Assembly (NCBI RefSeq): GCF_022669015.1
Contig: NZ_JAKKSL010000001.1
Coordinates: forward strand, 600,059 to 664,058
Direction: 5' to 3'
DNA: 64,000 bases
From: Colwellia maritima
GTDB lineage: Bacteria > Pseudomonadota > Gammaproteobacteria > Enterobacterales > Alteromonadaceae
In this document: one piece after another, positions 1 through 11,423 of the stretch
Position numbering within the stretch: the stretch's first letter is position 1
Layout: every line of letters begins with the position of its first letter
The notes under the pieces: generated by a model
The model's input: only the letters and a program-made list of their open reading frames with translations
Databases searched by the model: none
What the model was told of the DNA's origin: nothing
Position numbers and translations under genes: made by a program

Positions 1-1310
1 ACCCGCATGGATAACCATAACCGCAGGAGCTTTATTAAACAATGTTTGATAGGTGTCGCTAACTGTTTTCATAATGGCTGAATCTGGATTAGGTTTCCAT
101 CCTGGATAGGCATTACTAAATGACATGTCAACCCCCGCTAGTTCAAACACAGACTGTACAGTACGTTGCGTTTCTAATCGACCATCGTCGTGTAAGCTAC
201 GAATTAACACTAAGGCATTTAATTTTTTGCCGCGAGTTTGAATGACGCCCAAATTTAAAGAAGTTTCAACGATACCTTCAATGTCATTGCTCATACGAAT
301 AACGCCGTTAGGGCAAGCATTGAGAGCACGTAAAATTTGACTTTGTGTTGTAATAGTCCAAAGATTGGTCAAAATCTTCAGGCGATATTAATAACATATC
401 AATAGTCGGTTCAATCGCATCCAAGTTACCTTGAATTGTGGTTAAATATTGTGTTAATTGTGTTTTAAGTGCAGCTACTTGGTTAGTTGGAATAACAAAG
501 CCGGCATTGGCTTCACGTGGTATGGCATTACGTAAACTACCGCCATTTAATTCTGTTAAGCGTAAATCAAATTCATTGCTAGCATCCAGTAAAAAACGTA
601 CTAACAGCTTATTTGCATTGGCTCTACCCGTATGAATATCAACACCTGAATGACCACCTTTTAAACCGGATATTGACAAATTAAACGCTTGGGTGTTTTC
701 TGGTGTCTTTTCAAACGCTAGGTCAAATTTAGCTAAGCCGTCAATACCACCAAGACAGCCCATGTAAATTTCACCTTCTTGTTCTGAATCAGTGTTAATG
801 AGAATATCACCGTCGAGCAAACTGACCTGATTCTAAGCCAAAAGCGCCCGTCATGCCGGCTTCTTCATCAATGGTGACAAGCACTTCTAATGGACCATGA
901 GCAAGATCATCACTGGCTAAAACCGCTAACGCTGACGCTAACCCTACGCCGTTATCTGCACCTAATGTTGTGCCGTCTGCCGTTACCCAGTCACCATCAC
1001 TCTCATGAACAATATATGGGCGAATAGGATCCGTTAAAAAGTCGTGTTCAGTATCATTGTTTTTTTGAGGCACCATATCCATATGCGCTTGCAAAATAAT
1101 ACCCTGTCGACCTTCCATACCCTGCGTCGCAGGTTTTTTAATGATTAAATTACCTACATTGTCTTCTTTTATCTCAAGACCTAATTCGGTTGCCCAAGAC
1201 TGAATCCATTGTGATATTTTTTGCTCATGCTTTGAAGGCCGAGGAATGCTACAAATTTTTTCGAATAATTGCCATAAACGTGTTGGTTTAAGCTGTGATA
1301 ATGTGCCCAT
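1..1310 (-). pseudogene. pepD: Aminoacyl-histidine (Xaa-His) dipeptidase PepD, M20C family. The 3' end runs off the window edge and the gene is split by at least 2 frameshifts (ORFs 807..1310, 308..820, and a third frame covering 1..307).
   Basis: The N-terminal ORF has the M20 motifs HMDMV and DNGVG. The middle ORF matches the PepD lid domain. Reading 1..307 on the minus strand in another frame gives ...SFSNAYPGWKPNPD...PAVMVIHAG, which is typical of the PepD C-terminal half. Confidence 0.8.
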
Positions 1311-1326
1311 GTTTTTCCTTGTGTAC

Positions 1327-1923
1327 TTATTTGCTTGCCATTAAAAATTGCCATTGCTCATTAAAGTCGCTACTTGGCTTTTTATCAAAACCAGAACGTA
1401 CATATTGGCTGATTTTTCCTTCAGCGAATGCCACTAAAATATTGGCTAATGCTTGTTCATTAATGGTAAATGTTTTGCCTTCACGTAACTTTCGTTCACG
1501 TAATATTTGTTTGAATTGTGATTCAAGTTTTTCAAAAAATTGATGTACTCTACTGCGTAATCGTTCGTTTTCACCCATCAGAGCATCGCCAGATAATATA
1601 CGACACATGCCAGGATTTCGCTCGGCAAAAACTAACAGCACATGTAACACATGATGACAACGTACTAGGGTTTCTTTGTGATCAGATAAAATAAGATTAA
1701 TGCGAGAAAAAATAGATTCTTCGATAAAATCGATTAAACCTTCAAACATACGGGCTTTCGAAGGGAAGTGACGATATAACGCTGCTTCAGAAACGCCAAC
1801 TTCTGCCGCTAATTTTGCAGTAGTAATACGCTGTCCTGGGCTTGATTGTAACATCAATGCTAAGCATTCTAGTATCTGTTGTTTTCGACTAATTTTCTGT
1901 TTGCTCTTAGGGCTAACTGACAT
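1327..1923 (-). CDS. slmA: Nucleoid occlusion factor SlmA (TetR family)
   Basis: Near-colinear match to E. coli SlmA ([34 protein letters not shown]). It sits next to coaBC, as in enterics. Confidence 0.9.
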   Translation of the reverse strand: MSVSPKSKQKISRKQQILECLALMLQSSPGQRITTAKLAAEVGVSEAALYRHFPSKARMFEGLIDFIEESIFSRINLILSDHKETLVRCHHVLHVLLVFAERNPGMCRILSGDALMGENERLRSRVHQFFEKLESQFKQILRERKLREGKTFTINEQALANILVAFAEGKISQYVRSGFDKKPSSDFNEQWQFLMASK

Positions 1924-1967
1924 AGTAAGATGTTCTCTATTATTTGTTTTTATTAGGTGTTGTTTGC

Positions 1968-3173
1968 TTAGATTTGCTTAGCTAGGTAGTGTTGATTAAT
2001 TAAGGAAACCAACTTTTGTGCAACGATTTGTTTATTTGCTAAGGGGATTTCAGTTTTATCAATAGCGCTATATAGCATTAAGGCATTATCATCACTGTTA
2101 AAGCCTTGGCCTGATTTTGCTACGTCATTCGCGGCAATTAAGTCTAAATTTTTTCTCACTAATTTACCACGTGCATAGGCTTCTATGTTTTGAGTTTCTG
2201 CCGCAAAGCCAACCATAAAAGGTTTGTTTGGCAAACAAGCAACATCGGCGACGATGTCGTGATTTTTAACTAGTTCAAGGTGCATAGCATCGTTCGTTTT
2301 TTTAATTTTTTGACTCGCTATATTGGCAACTCGGTAATCGGCAACCGCTGCACATGCAATAAACGTTGTACTTTCAGGCGCAAACTTCAATGCTTGTTGA
2401 TGCATGTCTTCTGCACTGATAACCGAGATTAGTTGACAGCCAACGGGGGCGCTAATATTTACGGGACCAGAAATCAAGGTAACTTTTGCTCCCGCCCGTA
2501 TGGCTGCGTGTGCTATTGCATAGCCCATTTTCCCTGAACTGTGATTAGAAATATAACGAACAGGGTCTATTGCTTCGCGTGTTGGTCCGGCAGTAATTAC
2601 CCAGTGTTGGCCCTGTAAGTATTTATCACAAAAAAAATCATGACTTAAAGAGACTAATTCATCAACGTTTAACATACGTCCTAAACCAATATCACCGCAA
2701 GCTTGCTCACCACTACCGGGGCCCCAAATTTTGATATTGCGTTCCGTTAACGTGGTTATATTAGTTTGTGTTGCCGTTGCATGCCACATTTGTTGATTCA
2801 TTGCCGGGGCAAGGGCAATAGGTGCGCTAGTTGCTAAACAAATGGTGGAAAGTAAATCATTTGCCATGCCGGCAGTAATACGGGCAATTATATCTGCAGT
2901 GGCGGGGGCAATAATGATTAAATCAGCCCATTTCGCTAATTCGATATGGCCCATGGCTAGCTCTGCTTGGGTATCAAGCAGGCTGTCTGCAACGGCATTG
3001 CCTGACACAGCTTGTAAAGTCAGTGGCGTTATAAAGGCTTTGGCTCCCTCGGTCATAACTACTCGAACATCAGCACCTTGATCTTTTAGTCTGCGGACTA
3101 GTTCTGGGATTTTATACGCGGCGATTCCGCCACTCATACCAAGGACAATTTTTTTATCCTGTAAAATTTGCAT
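1968..3173 (-). CDS. coaBC: Bifunctional phosphopantothenoylcysteine decarboxylase / phosphopantothenate-cysteine ligase
   Basis: 401-aa ORF. N-terminal flavoprotein motif KIVLG(M)SGGIAAYK...ELVRRL and C-terminal CoaB domain. Strong similarity to E. coli Dfp. Confidence 0.95.
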   Translation of the reverse strand: MQILQDKKIVLGMSGGIAAYKIPELVRRLKDQGADVRVVMTEGAKAFITPLTLQAVSGNAVADSLLDTQAELAMGHIELAKWADLIIIAPATADIIARITAGMANDLLSTICLATSAPIALAPAMNQQMWHATATQTNITTLTERNIKIWGPGSGEQACGDIGLGRMLNVDELVSLSHDFFCDKYLQGQHWVITAGPTREAIDPVRYISNHSSGKMGYAIAHAAIRAGAKVTLISGPVNISAPVGCQLISVISAEDMHQQALKFAPESTTFIACAAVADYRVANIASQKIKKTNDAMHLELVKNHDIVADVACLPNKPFMVGFAAETQNIEAYARGKLVRKNLDLIAANDVAKSGQGFNSDDNALMLYSAIDKTEIPLANKQIVAQKLVSLINQHYLAKQI

Positions 3174-3284
3174 AATCTGCTAATCTTAAACTTATCATTA
3201 GGGTGAATACGATAGCATTTATTTACACTATTTGAAAAAAGAGTTGAAAAATAATTACTAACAAAAACAGCAAGGAAGCCGACA

Positions 3285-4013
3285 ATGTGTAAAGAAGATC
3301 TAGCACTGCAAAGTAAACCGCAGGTTCAAACGTTAAAAAACTGGCCAAGCGAAGAGCGACCCAGAGAAAAATTACTAAGTCTGGGGCCCGCGAGCTTAAG
3401 CGATGCCGAGCTTTTAGCTATTTTTTTAAGAACAGGTGTAAAAGGTTGTAATGTAGTTGATTTATCGAGGAATTTATTAATGGCTTTTGGCAGTCTAGCC
3501 AATGTGTTTCGCGCTAATCAACATGAATTTTGTCGTCACCATGGTTTAGGTAGTGCTAAATTTGTACAGCTTCAAGCGTGTTTAGAAATGTCGAAACGTT
3601 ATTTGGCTGAACAGCTCATCCAACAAGGAAGTGCGCTTACTTCATCTCAAGCGACACGTGATTATTTAATCAGTGAATTGAGAAATGAAACGAGAGAAGT
3701 CTTTGCGGTACTTTTTTTAGATAATCAGCACCAAGTATTGAAATTCGAACGTCTGTTCTTCGGTACATTAAATGCGGCTGCAGTTTATCCAAGAGTCGTA
3801 GTTGAACAGGCGCTAACACATCATGCTGCGGCTGTGATTTTGGCGCATAATCACCCTTCAGGTATTGCTGAGGCCAGTATTGCTGATAAACATATTACCC
3901 AAAAGCTTGAGCAAGCATTACAGCTTATTGATGTGCGCGTGCTTGATCATATGATTATTGCAGGGCATCAATGTTATTCATTTGCCGAACATGGTGAAAT
4001 AGTGTCTGGTTAA
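3285..4013 (+). CDS. radC: RadC-family JAB/MPN domain protein (UPF0758)
   Basis: C-terminal JAMM motif HNHPSG, N-terminal HhH region, and a conserved position next to coaBC and rpmBG. Confidence 0.9.
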   Translation: MCKEDLALQSKPQVQTLKNWPSEERPREKLLSLGPASLSDAELLAIFLRTGVKGCNVVDLSRNLLMAFGSLANVFRANQHEFCRHHGLGSAKFVQLQACLEMSKRYLAEQLIQQGSALTSSQATRDYLISELRNETREVFAVLFLDNQHQVLKFERLFFGTLNAAAVYPRVVVEQALTHHAAAVILAHNHPSGIAEASIADKHITQKLEQALQLIDVRVLDHMIIAGHQCYSFAEHGEIVSG

Positions 4014-4099
4014 TCACTATCAAACGATATGATTTAACTTGATAAAAATTGCAATGCCAGTTAGGTTTAAGGTATTACGCATAGCAATAGGATCTTCTG

Positions 4100-4411
4100 A
4101 TGAAAGATAAAGGTGATGGAGGCGTGGAACGTCGTAGTTCTTTTCGTCTTGATATGGAAAAAGAACTAGTTGATATCATTTGGACTGACGAAAATGGTCA
4201 GGAAAGAACCAAAAAAATAATCTGCATAGACTTTGCTCGCGGTGGTTTAAAGCTTGATTGTGATATTGCTATCCCTCTTAAAACAGCCGTAAATGTAGTG
4301 TTTAAGTCGCCGAATAGAAATGACGACAGCCACAAGTTATATTGCAAAGTTTTACGTTGTAATAAACAAGAAAATGGTTGGTTTGAGATAGCGTTAATCT
4401 TGGATAAATAG
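4100..4411 (+). CDS. PilZ-domain protein (putative c-di-GMP receptor)
   Basis: 103 aa. RRSSFRL fits the RxxxR motif and DFARGG fits the D/NxSxxG-like motif of PilZ domains. Confidence 0.5.
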   Translation: MKDKGDGGVERRSSFRLDMEKELVDIIWTDENGQERTKKIICIDFARGGLKLDCDIAIPLKTAVNVVFKSPNRNDDSHKLYCKVLRCNKQENGWFEIALILDK

Positions 4412-4509
4412 ACTCAAAAAGAATTTTTATATATTTGTACTATAATAAAAAATTAATCAAGCAATACTGGCTCAGCTAGGTTACTTGGTCGTATTAGGAA
4501 GAAATAGAT

Positions 4510-5178
4510 ATGATGATATTAGTGGGTGGCGAAAAAGGTGGTAGTGGAAAAAGCTGTTTGGCGCAGAATTTAGCGGTATATTTTGCTCGAAATAAAAATG
4601 CAATTGTATTAATGGTTGATTGTGACCCTCAGCGCACCACATCAGACTGGATACAAGCACGCAATAGCGACCCCTCTCTGCCTGCTATTAATTGTATTCA
4701 ACTTTACGGTAAAATACGTAATGACTTACTTAGCTTAGCTCAGCATTATGATTACGTAATTGTAGATTGTGGTGGGCAAGATAATTTGGCGTTACGTGCA
4801 GCCATGTCAGTTGCTGATCATGTTATTATCCCACTAAGACCCAAACGACGTGATTTAAAAACAGTACCCCATATGGAAGATATGTTGAGTACCTGTAAAA
4901 TGGTTAATCCGAAAATGATGGCTTCTTTCGTTATTACACAATGTCCATCTTTACCCAACCAAGCGAGTCGAATTTTAGAAGCCAAAGAAGTGTGTAGCTC
5001 CTACGGTATTAACGTACTGAATGCAGTAACCTATAGCCGTAACATCTATGATGACAGTGAGGAGCAGGGCTCATCAGTTATTGAAATCGATCCTGAAGGC
5101 AAAGCTGCAACGGAGATGATAGCGATTGCAGAAGAGTTAATGGCAATGAAACCGGACAACGCTCATGAGTTTATCTGA
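4510..5178 (+). CDS. Small ParA/ParF-type deviant Walker-A ATPase (orphan, chromosomal)
   Basis: The deviant Walker A is GGEKGGSGKS. The roughly 220-aa size and the VDCDPQ and IVDCGG motifs are typical of ParF/type Ib partition ATPases. Confidence 0.8.
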   Translation: MMILVGGEKGGSGKSCLAQNLAVYFARNKNAIVLMVDCDPQRTTSDWIQARNSDPSLPAINCIQLYGKIRNDLLSLAQHYDYVIVDCGGQDNLALRAAMSVADHVIIPLRPKRRDLKTVPHMEDMLSTCKMVNPKMMASFVITQCPSLPNQASRILEAKEVCSSYGINVLNAVTYSRNIYDDSEEQGSSVIEIDPEGKAATEMIAIAEELMAMKPDNAHEFI

Positions 5179-5563
5179 TCTAAAAAAAAGCAAGGATAGA
5201 TCAAATTCAAAGGAAAATGTAAAAGAACAGTTCACTATTGATGAATTTATTGCTGATGCCGATAATTACGCTAAAGGTTCGCCGCAAATTGTCAGTAATG
5301 AAAATCATGGAAAAATGAACCTTAAGCAAGCTATTCATGATGCTAAACAGCTAATTGAACGTAAAAAAGCGGTAAATATGCAAGGAAAGCCTTTTCGGAG
5401 GGCGACTTTTACCTTAAGTGAAAAGACCATTGAACAGTTGCAACAATTGTCTGAGGAGGCGGATTTAGCTAAATCTCATATTCTTCGTATTTTAATTGAC
5501 GAACTATCAAACAAAGAACAAGAAGAGCAAATTAAAAAATTATTTGAATCAGATGTCAGTTAA
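5165..5563 (+). CDS. ParG-like partner with a disordered N-terminus and a C-terminal ribbon-helix-helix DNA-binding domain
   Basis: It overlaps the parA stop by 14 nt, suggesting translational coupling. The C-terminus RRATFTLSEKTIEQLQQLSEEADLAKSHILRILI has the RHH/CopG pattern (beta strand followed by two helices). Confidence 0.5.
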   Translation: MSLSDLKKSKDRSNSKENVKEQFTIDEFIADADNYAKGSPQIVSNENHGKMNLKQAIHDAKQLIERKKAVNMQGKPFRRATFTLSEKTIEQLQQLSEEADLAKSHILRILIDELSNKEQEEQIKKLFESDVS

Positions 5564-5843
5564 ATTGACTTATTTGTTAATAGAATGACCAATAACAACT
5601 TAAAAAACAGACATAAACTAGCCAATAAGTGTGCTTTTAAAGCTTGATTTAGTTTTAATTGATTGATTTTAAATGCTTTTGTTTTTGTTGATGCCTTTTT
5701 TATAGCTTTTTCCTTTTAGGGCTAGTATTCATTATTCAGTTTCTCTATAATATGCCACCTTTTTCAGGATCCTGAGGCGACGGTCTTGGGGAATACCCTT
5801 AGAAGAAACAAGCTCGAGCTATATTAATTTTGGAGTGACTCAA

Positions 5844-6080
5844 ATGTCTAAAGTCTGCCAAGTAACAGGCAAGAAACCAGTCGTAGGGAACAACCGTTCT
5901 CACGCAAGAAACGCGACTCGTCGTCGTTTTTTACCTAACCTTCAATCTCACCGTTTTTGGGTAGAGAGTGAAAATCGTTTCGTTAAATTACGTTTAACTC
6001 CGAAAGGAATGCGTATTATCGATAAAAAAGGTATTGATGCAGTATTAACTGATATCCGTGCCCGTGGCGAAAAAGTTTAA
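5844..6080 (+). CDS. rpmB: 50S ribosomal protein L28
   Basis: [42 protein letters not shown] matches E. coli L28. There is a GGAG RBS 8 nt upstream. The ORF-track start at 5835 is a GTG; the ATG at 5844 is the likely start. Confidence 0.95.
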   Translation: MSKVCQVTGKKPVVGNNRSHARNATRRRFLPNLQSHRFWVESENRFVKLRLTPKGMRIIDKKGIDAVLTDIRARGEKV

Positions 6081-6100
6081 AACTTTTCTAGGAGAATATT

Positions 6101-6256
6101 ATGCGCGATAAAATTCGTTTAGTATCTAGTGCCGGTACAGGTCATTTTTATACTACTGATAAAAATAAAAAGACTATGCCAGAGAAAATGGAAATCAAAA
6201 AATTTGATCCAAAAGCTCGTAAGCACGTGATTTATAAAGAAGCTAAAATTAAGTAA
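6101..6256 (+). CDS. rpmG: 50S ribosomal protein L33 (51 aa, below the ORF-track cutoff)
   Basis: Manual translation gives [59 protein letters not shown] is 6 nt upstream, and the gene lies immediately downstream of rpmB. Confidence 0.9.
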   Translation: MRDKIRLVSSAGTGHFYTTDKNKKTMPEKMEIKKFDPKARKHVIYKEAKIK

Positions 6257-6279
6257 TTAATTTTCTTTATCAAAATAAA

Positions 6280-6305
6280 AAACCCAGTTTCTACTGGGTT
6301 TTTTT
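6280..6305 (+). terminator. Rho-independent terminator of rpmBG
   Basis: AACCCAGT/ACTGGGTT stem followed by a T7 run. Confidence 0.7.
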
Positions 6306-6413
6306 ATGTGCGTAATTCCTGAGGAATTCTGCTTTGTTAAAACGCCGACTTGATGTTTTTTATATCAAAATTTAAGTATGATGGTGACATTGATTTGTTA
6401 ATGAAAGAAAGTA

Positions 6414-6908
6414 ATGGTGAAACTCTCTAAAACTGCATGGAATAATGTCATTATATTTTCGGTGATGATTATTATCTTGTTAATCAATGCAACGAATGAT
6501 CGGTTGTTTCCAGATGATAATAATACTAATGATACCTTACTGTTACCTGAGCATAGTGTTATTTTAACGCTGACAATCATGCCGTCTGACGATAAAAAAA
6601 TAGTTTTTGAACGTATAGGCAGGGCATGGCAAATGACGAGTCAAGGCGTTTTACTTGACTTAACTAATCAACAAATAGAGCAAATAATGTTTGCTTGGCA
6701 ACAAAGTAGTGGTTTAGTGCAAGCGGCGGAGATTGTTGTTGAGGGACTTCTTTGGTGTTGATGTTACCCTTGGTTTAGCAGGTAATACGCAAGAGCAAAA
6801 ATTTACGCTTTACCCCTTAACGGATCAGCTACTTGTGTATAATCAACAGAAAAAATTATGGCTAGCATTACCTGCAGCAACGAGTCATCAGCTTATACCT
6901 ATCAATTG
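6414..6908 (+). CDS. Hypothetical membrane-anchored protein (apparent frameshift near 6760)
   Basis: The 115-aa ORF has an N-terminal TM segment. The reading frame continues in the next frame (…LAGNTQEQKFTLYPLTDQLLVYNQQKKLWLALPAATSHQLIPIN) up to mutM. I recognise no family. Confidence 0.35.
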
Positions 6909-6918
6909 AGGTTGAATA

Positions 6919-7734
6919 ATGCCTGAACTACCAGAAGTAGAAGTTTGTCGTTTGGGCATAAGCCCTCACGTTGTCAATAATGAAGTCGCTAAAGTAATTG
7001 TGCGCAACGCCCAATTACGTTGGCCTATCCCTGTTGATGTTCAAAAGCTTGTTGGTTCAAAAGTTTTGGAGGTCGATAGGCGGGCCAAGTATTTATTATT
7101 GCGCTTTGATATCGGAACGTTGCTTTTACATTTGGGTATGTCAGGTACGATTCGTGTTATTGATAACACAGTTCCCGTTGCTAAGCATGATCATTTTGAA
7201 CTGGTCTTTATTAATGGGACGGTGATGCGTTTAAATGATCCTAGGCGGTTTGGAGCAGTACTTTGGCTAGATAAGCACGAAGACCAACAAGGGTTGCTAA
7301 GTAAGCTAGGACCAGAGCCGTTAAGTGACGATTTTTGTTACGATCTACTGTATCAAAAAGCACAAAATAGAAAAGTGCCAATCAAGACTTTTTTAATGAA
7401 TAACCACAATGTGGTAGGTGTTGGAAATATTTATGCCAATGAAGCTTTATTTCTTCTTGGTATTTTACCCACAACGCAAGCAGGTGAACTGAGCAAAAAG
7501 CGCTATAACCGCTTAACTGACATTATTAAGCAGGTACTTAGTGCTGCAATTGAGCAAGGTGGTACGACATTAAAGGACTTCACTCAAGCGGATGGACGTC
7601 CAGGTTACTTTGCTCAATCTCTCTATGTTTACGGTCGTGCAGGACAAGCCTGTTTAACATGCAAAGAAACGTTGCTTGAAATTAGGCAATCAAACCGCAG
7701 CTCTGTTTATTGCCCCAATTGCCGACAAGCGTAA
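6919..7734 (+). CDS. mutM: Formamidopyrimidine-DNA glycosylase
   Basis: MPELPEVE N-terminus with the catalytic Pro2 and Glu3, and a C-terminal zinc finger CxxC...CPNC. 271 aa. Confidence 0.95.
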   Translation: MPELPEVEVCRLGISPHVVNNEVAKVIVRNAQLRWPIPVDVQKLVGSKVLEVDRRAKYLLLRFDIGTLLLHLGMSGTIRVIDNTVPVAKHDHFELVFINGTVMRLNDPRRFGAVLWLDKHEDQQGLLSKLGPEPLSDDFCYDLLYQKAQNRKVPIKTFLMNNHNVVGVGNIYANEALFLLGILPTTQAGELSKKRYNRLTDIIKQVLSAAIEQGGTTLKDFTQADGRPGYFAQSLYVYGRAGQACLTCKETLLEIRQSNRSSVYCPNCRQA

Positions 7735-7905
7735 TCCGCGAATAATACCAATCGCAGTAACTATGTGAACATTCCTACTTGCTAAAATCACCAACTACAT
7801 CGTTAATTAGAACAATTTTTCTAGTTATTGAAATAAATGCTGTAATTAATGCTATAAAAAACAGTGAAGCTTGAACGTATTGTGGCGTTGAAGCGCGGTC
7901 AATCC

Positions 7906-8384
<479 letters not shown>

Positions 8385-8639
8385 TTAGGTTTCATTTATT
8401 GGTGAATTCCAAGGCATTGTAATGTTTTAGTTAAGTTTGTGACAAGTGTTAACGTGAAAAACATAATAAAATGGATATATATTCGTAATAATCAAATAAA
8501 ATTGAGTGATCAGGTTAATATTGAATAAATGTTAAAGTATTTACTCAAAAAACTTTAAGTTTAGTGAATTTTGATAGTATGATAGAAATCATAGTAGGCA
8601 ATTTAAACTATTTCACATTAAAAGAAAGAAGTAACTTTT

Positions 8640-9305
8640 ATGAAAACCCGTGATAAAATAATCCAGGCGAGCATTGCGTTATTTAATGAGCAAGGAGAGC
8701 GAAATGTCACCACCAATCATATCGCTGCACATTTAGGTATAAGCCCAGGTAATTTGTATTATCATTTTCGTAATAAAGAAGACATTATTTTGTCTATATA
8801 CGAAGAGTATGCGCGTAATTTATTACCGGATACTTTCCCTAAAGTAAGTAGTGACGTAAAACCCCTTGATGCTATCATCCTTTATATGGATGCGGTATTC
8901 CAAATGCTATTAAAATTCAGATTCTTTTATAGCAATTTACCTGTTTTATTAGATAAAAACCCAAGTTTGCGTGAAAAATATGTTGAAGTTCAGCACTCAA
9001 TTGCTGAGCGTGTTAGTCAATTATTAATTTCACTTAGAAATGCAAATATTATTAATTTCCAGGATGAAGAATTGCCTGATATGGTAAGTATCTTACGTAT
9101 AATTAATACGTTTTGGGTGAGTTTTTATCAAACACAAAATATTGATAATGAAATTAATGATTCCGTGTTTTATCAGGGAGTATTAAAAATATTGGTTATT
9201 TTACGCCCTTATACAACAGAAGCGGCTATGCCTGAATTGTTAAAAGCGAGAGATATGTACCAACAACGTTGCAAAGATGCCCAACAAGAAGCGTGTTTGT
9301 CCTAA
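8640..9305 (+). CDS. TetR/AcrR family transcriptional regulator
   Basis: N-terminal HTH (TTNHIAAHLGISPGNLYYHFRNKE). Confidence 0.8.
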   Translation: MKTRDKIIQASIALFNEQGERNVTTNHIAAHLGISPGNLYYHFRNKEDIILSIYEEYARNLLPDTFPKVSSDVKPLDAIILYMDAVFQMLLKFRFFYSNLPVLLDKNPSLREKYVEVQHSIAERVSQLLISLRNANIINFQDEELPDMVSILRIINTFWVSFYQTQNIDNEINDSVFYQGVLKILVILRPYTTEAAMPELLKARDMYQQRCKDAQQEACLS

Positions 9306-10062
9306 ACGCTTTGGTTTTTATTTAAGGTATGCTTCAAGTAACAATGGCCAATTTTCTTGCGTCCAGTAGAATTTAGGTAATTGTTTTTTTCTTTTAAAAA
9401 TGATCGTTGCAGTCTAGCCATATTACTTTTTTGCCACTGGCTTTGGTTCGATGTTCTGATTTCGCCGCGATCGAAGTCGATTAAAAAAACATTTTCATCT
9501 GCATCAATTAATATATTGTGGGCATTTAAGTCATGATGATAAATATTATGATCATGAAAACGCTTAATTGTCCTGCCAATTTTTTTCCATAACGTACTTG
9601 ATATGGTTTGCTTTGATAATATAGCAACCAAATCTTGCGCGTTTTCAATACGGCTACTAAGTAAATCTGCTTGATAGAATAAACCCTGGCGTGTAACGCG
9701 ATATGCAATAGGTTTTGGGGCGGCAATGCTAACGTTTGCATGTGTGCTAACAGGGCAAACTCTTGCGCTGCTCGGGTTTTTCTTTGAGAAGTAAACAGGT
9801 AGCTATCGTGAATTACTTTGCCAATAAGACCTCCACGGTAATAATGGCGTAATACCCAGTGCTTTGATTGTTTGCTTTTAATATTTTTATATCGTACAAA
9901 CCATGTAGTGCCCCTACCTTGGGCCGAGCCTGTGATGGCATCTGCTTCTTGCCAATATGTTTCGGATAACATGTTAGCACTGAATTCTTCTATTTCATCG
10001 TGATCAAATAGACAGTAATGTGGCCCCATTTCTAGTGTTTGTAGTAACATAGTTTGATTCAC
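9302..10062 (-). CDS. kdkA: 3-deoxy-D-manno-octulosonic acid (Kdo) kinase (apparent frameshift; ORFs 9526..10062 and 9302..9631)
   Basis: Kinase catalytic motif HHDLNAHNILID...FLIDFDRG. It lies directly downstream of waaA, as in Haemophilus and Vibrio. Confidence 0.7.
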
Positions 10063-11354
10063 TTTAGTAATTCATGCACTTGTGTTAGCGTTTTATTAGT
10101 CGCACCTTGGTTACTGAGTACCACGTTATGTGCTAGAGATCCCAGTTCATATGCTGCGTCTTTATCTTCAAATAAGCTAATGACCGTTTGGGCTAATGTA
10201 ATGTCAATAGTATTAGCTGAATCTGGCAACTGTATCACAGCATTCTTTTGTTTCAATTGGCTTAAAATTTCGGTGAAGTTATGCATATCATGACCGACAA
10301 TAATCGGTTTTTTAAATAAAGCGGGCTCTAATGGATTATGCCCTCCAATATGGCTAAAACTTCCACCCATTGTAATAATATCGGCTAAGGCATATGCAGC
10401 CATTAATTCACCTAAGGTATCTAGTAACCAAATATCTTGCTCGGTTACTACGGTGTTGTCACTACGCTTGGCAAGAGAATAACCTTGGTTCACGCAGAGT
10501 TTTGCGACTGAACTAAAACGCTCAGGGTGTCTTGGCACAAGCACAAGTAATAATGGGGGGAATACTTTCTTGATTAGTTTAAAGGCTGCTAATGTGATTT
10601 CTTCGTCGCCAGGATGGGTGCTAGCAACTAACCAAATAAGTCTATTTTTAGGTAATATAGACATTAATTTAGCTTGTTTATCAAGAACCGTGTCATTAAT
10701 ACTCATATCAAATTTGAGGTTGCCTGATACGCTACATTTGTCAGCGTCAGCACCCAATTGCAAGAAATGATATAAGTTATCATGGCTTTGGCATAAAATT
10801 TTGTTGAAACAATTTATTGTTGGTTTTATTAACGCATTGATTTTTTGATAACTTTTCATGGATTTGGCTGATAAACGACCATTGATAAGCAATAATTTTA
10901 TCTTTTTTGTGGCACATTGATTAATCAAATTTGGCCATAATTCTGTTTCCATAAAAATCATCAGTTGTGGCTGTAAGCGATTTAAAAACAACAGAGTACA
11001 GGGCATTACATCTAAGGGTAAATAGGTGTGTTGCACGCGTGTTCCAAATTGTTTGCTAACTTGTGCTGATCCCGTTGGAGTAAAAGTAGTGACCGTAATG
11101 GGTAAATGTGGATATTGCAGTATGAGCTGTTCTACCAAAGGCGAGATAGCAATCACTTCACCAACACTGGCAGCATGCACAACAATACCACCTTTGCCAA
11201 AGGCCTTTGGAATATTAGCTTTAGGGAGCATCCCTAAACGTTCATTGAAACGATAACGATAGTGTGGATTATTGAGCGATCTAAATAACAAAGCCAGTAA
11301 TAAAAAAGGCATCAGCAAGAAAAATATTACTCGGTATATGAGTAGTGCTAACAT
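10059..11354 (-). CDS. waaA: 3-deoxy-D-manno-octulosonic acid transferase
   Basis: 431 aa, colinear with E. coli WaaA/KdtA (HAASVGE...PLVE...ITVTT.TPTG...METELWPNLI...LVPRHPERF). Confidence 0.9.
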   Translation of the reverse strand: MLALLIYRVIFFLLMPFLLLALLFRSLNNPHYRYRFNERLGMLPKANIPKAFGKGGIVVHAASVGEVIAISPLVEQLILQYPHLPITVTTFTPTGSAQVSKQFGTRVQHTYLPLDVMPCTLLFLNRLQPQLMIFMETELWPNLINQCATKKIKLLLINGRLSAKSMKSYQKINALIKPTINCFNKILCQSHDNLYHFLQLGADADKCSVSGNLKFDMSINDTVLDKQAKLMSILPKNRLIWLVASTHPGDEEITLAAFKLIKKVFPPLLLVLVPRHPERFSSVAKLCVNQGYSLAKRSDNTVVTEQDIWLLDTLGELMAAYALADIITMGGSFSHIGGHNPLEPALFKKPIIVGHDMHNFTEILSQLKQKNAVIQLPDSANTIDITLAQTVISLFEDKDAAYELGSLAHNVVLSNQGATNKTLTQVHELLK

Positions 11355-11423
11355 AAATTATTCTGCTTTAATTGCTCTATGATAAGGTTGTGGTAGATTA
11401 TACCTAAGTTTGATCAAATACCT

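Noticed and set aside
438-635. Small ORFs antisense to or embedded in longer genes. Examples are 438..635, 2842..3081, 6998..7225, 13771..13998, 25626..25991, 31096..31896 and 35755..35953.
   Set aside because: They overlap well-supported genes on the opposite strand or in another frame. They have no RBS or homology signal and their amino-acid composition is typical of out-of-frame translation.
5716-5751. Putative sigma70 promoter of rpmBG (TATAAT at 5746..5751)
   Set aside because: There is a good -10 hexamer but no convincing -35 at 17-bp spacing. It is not reported as a feature.
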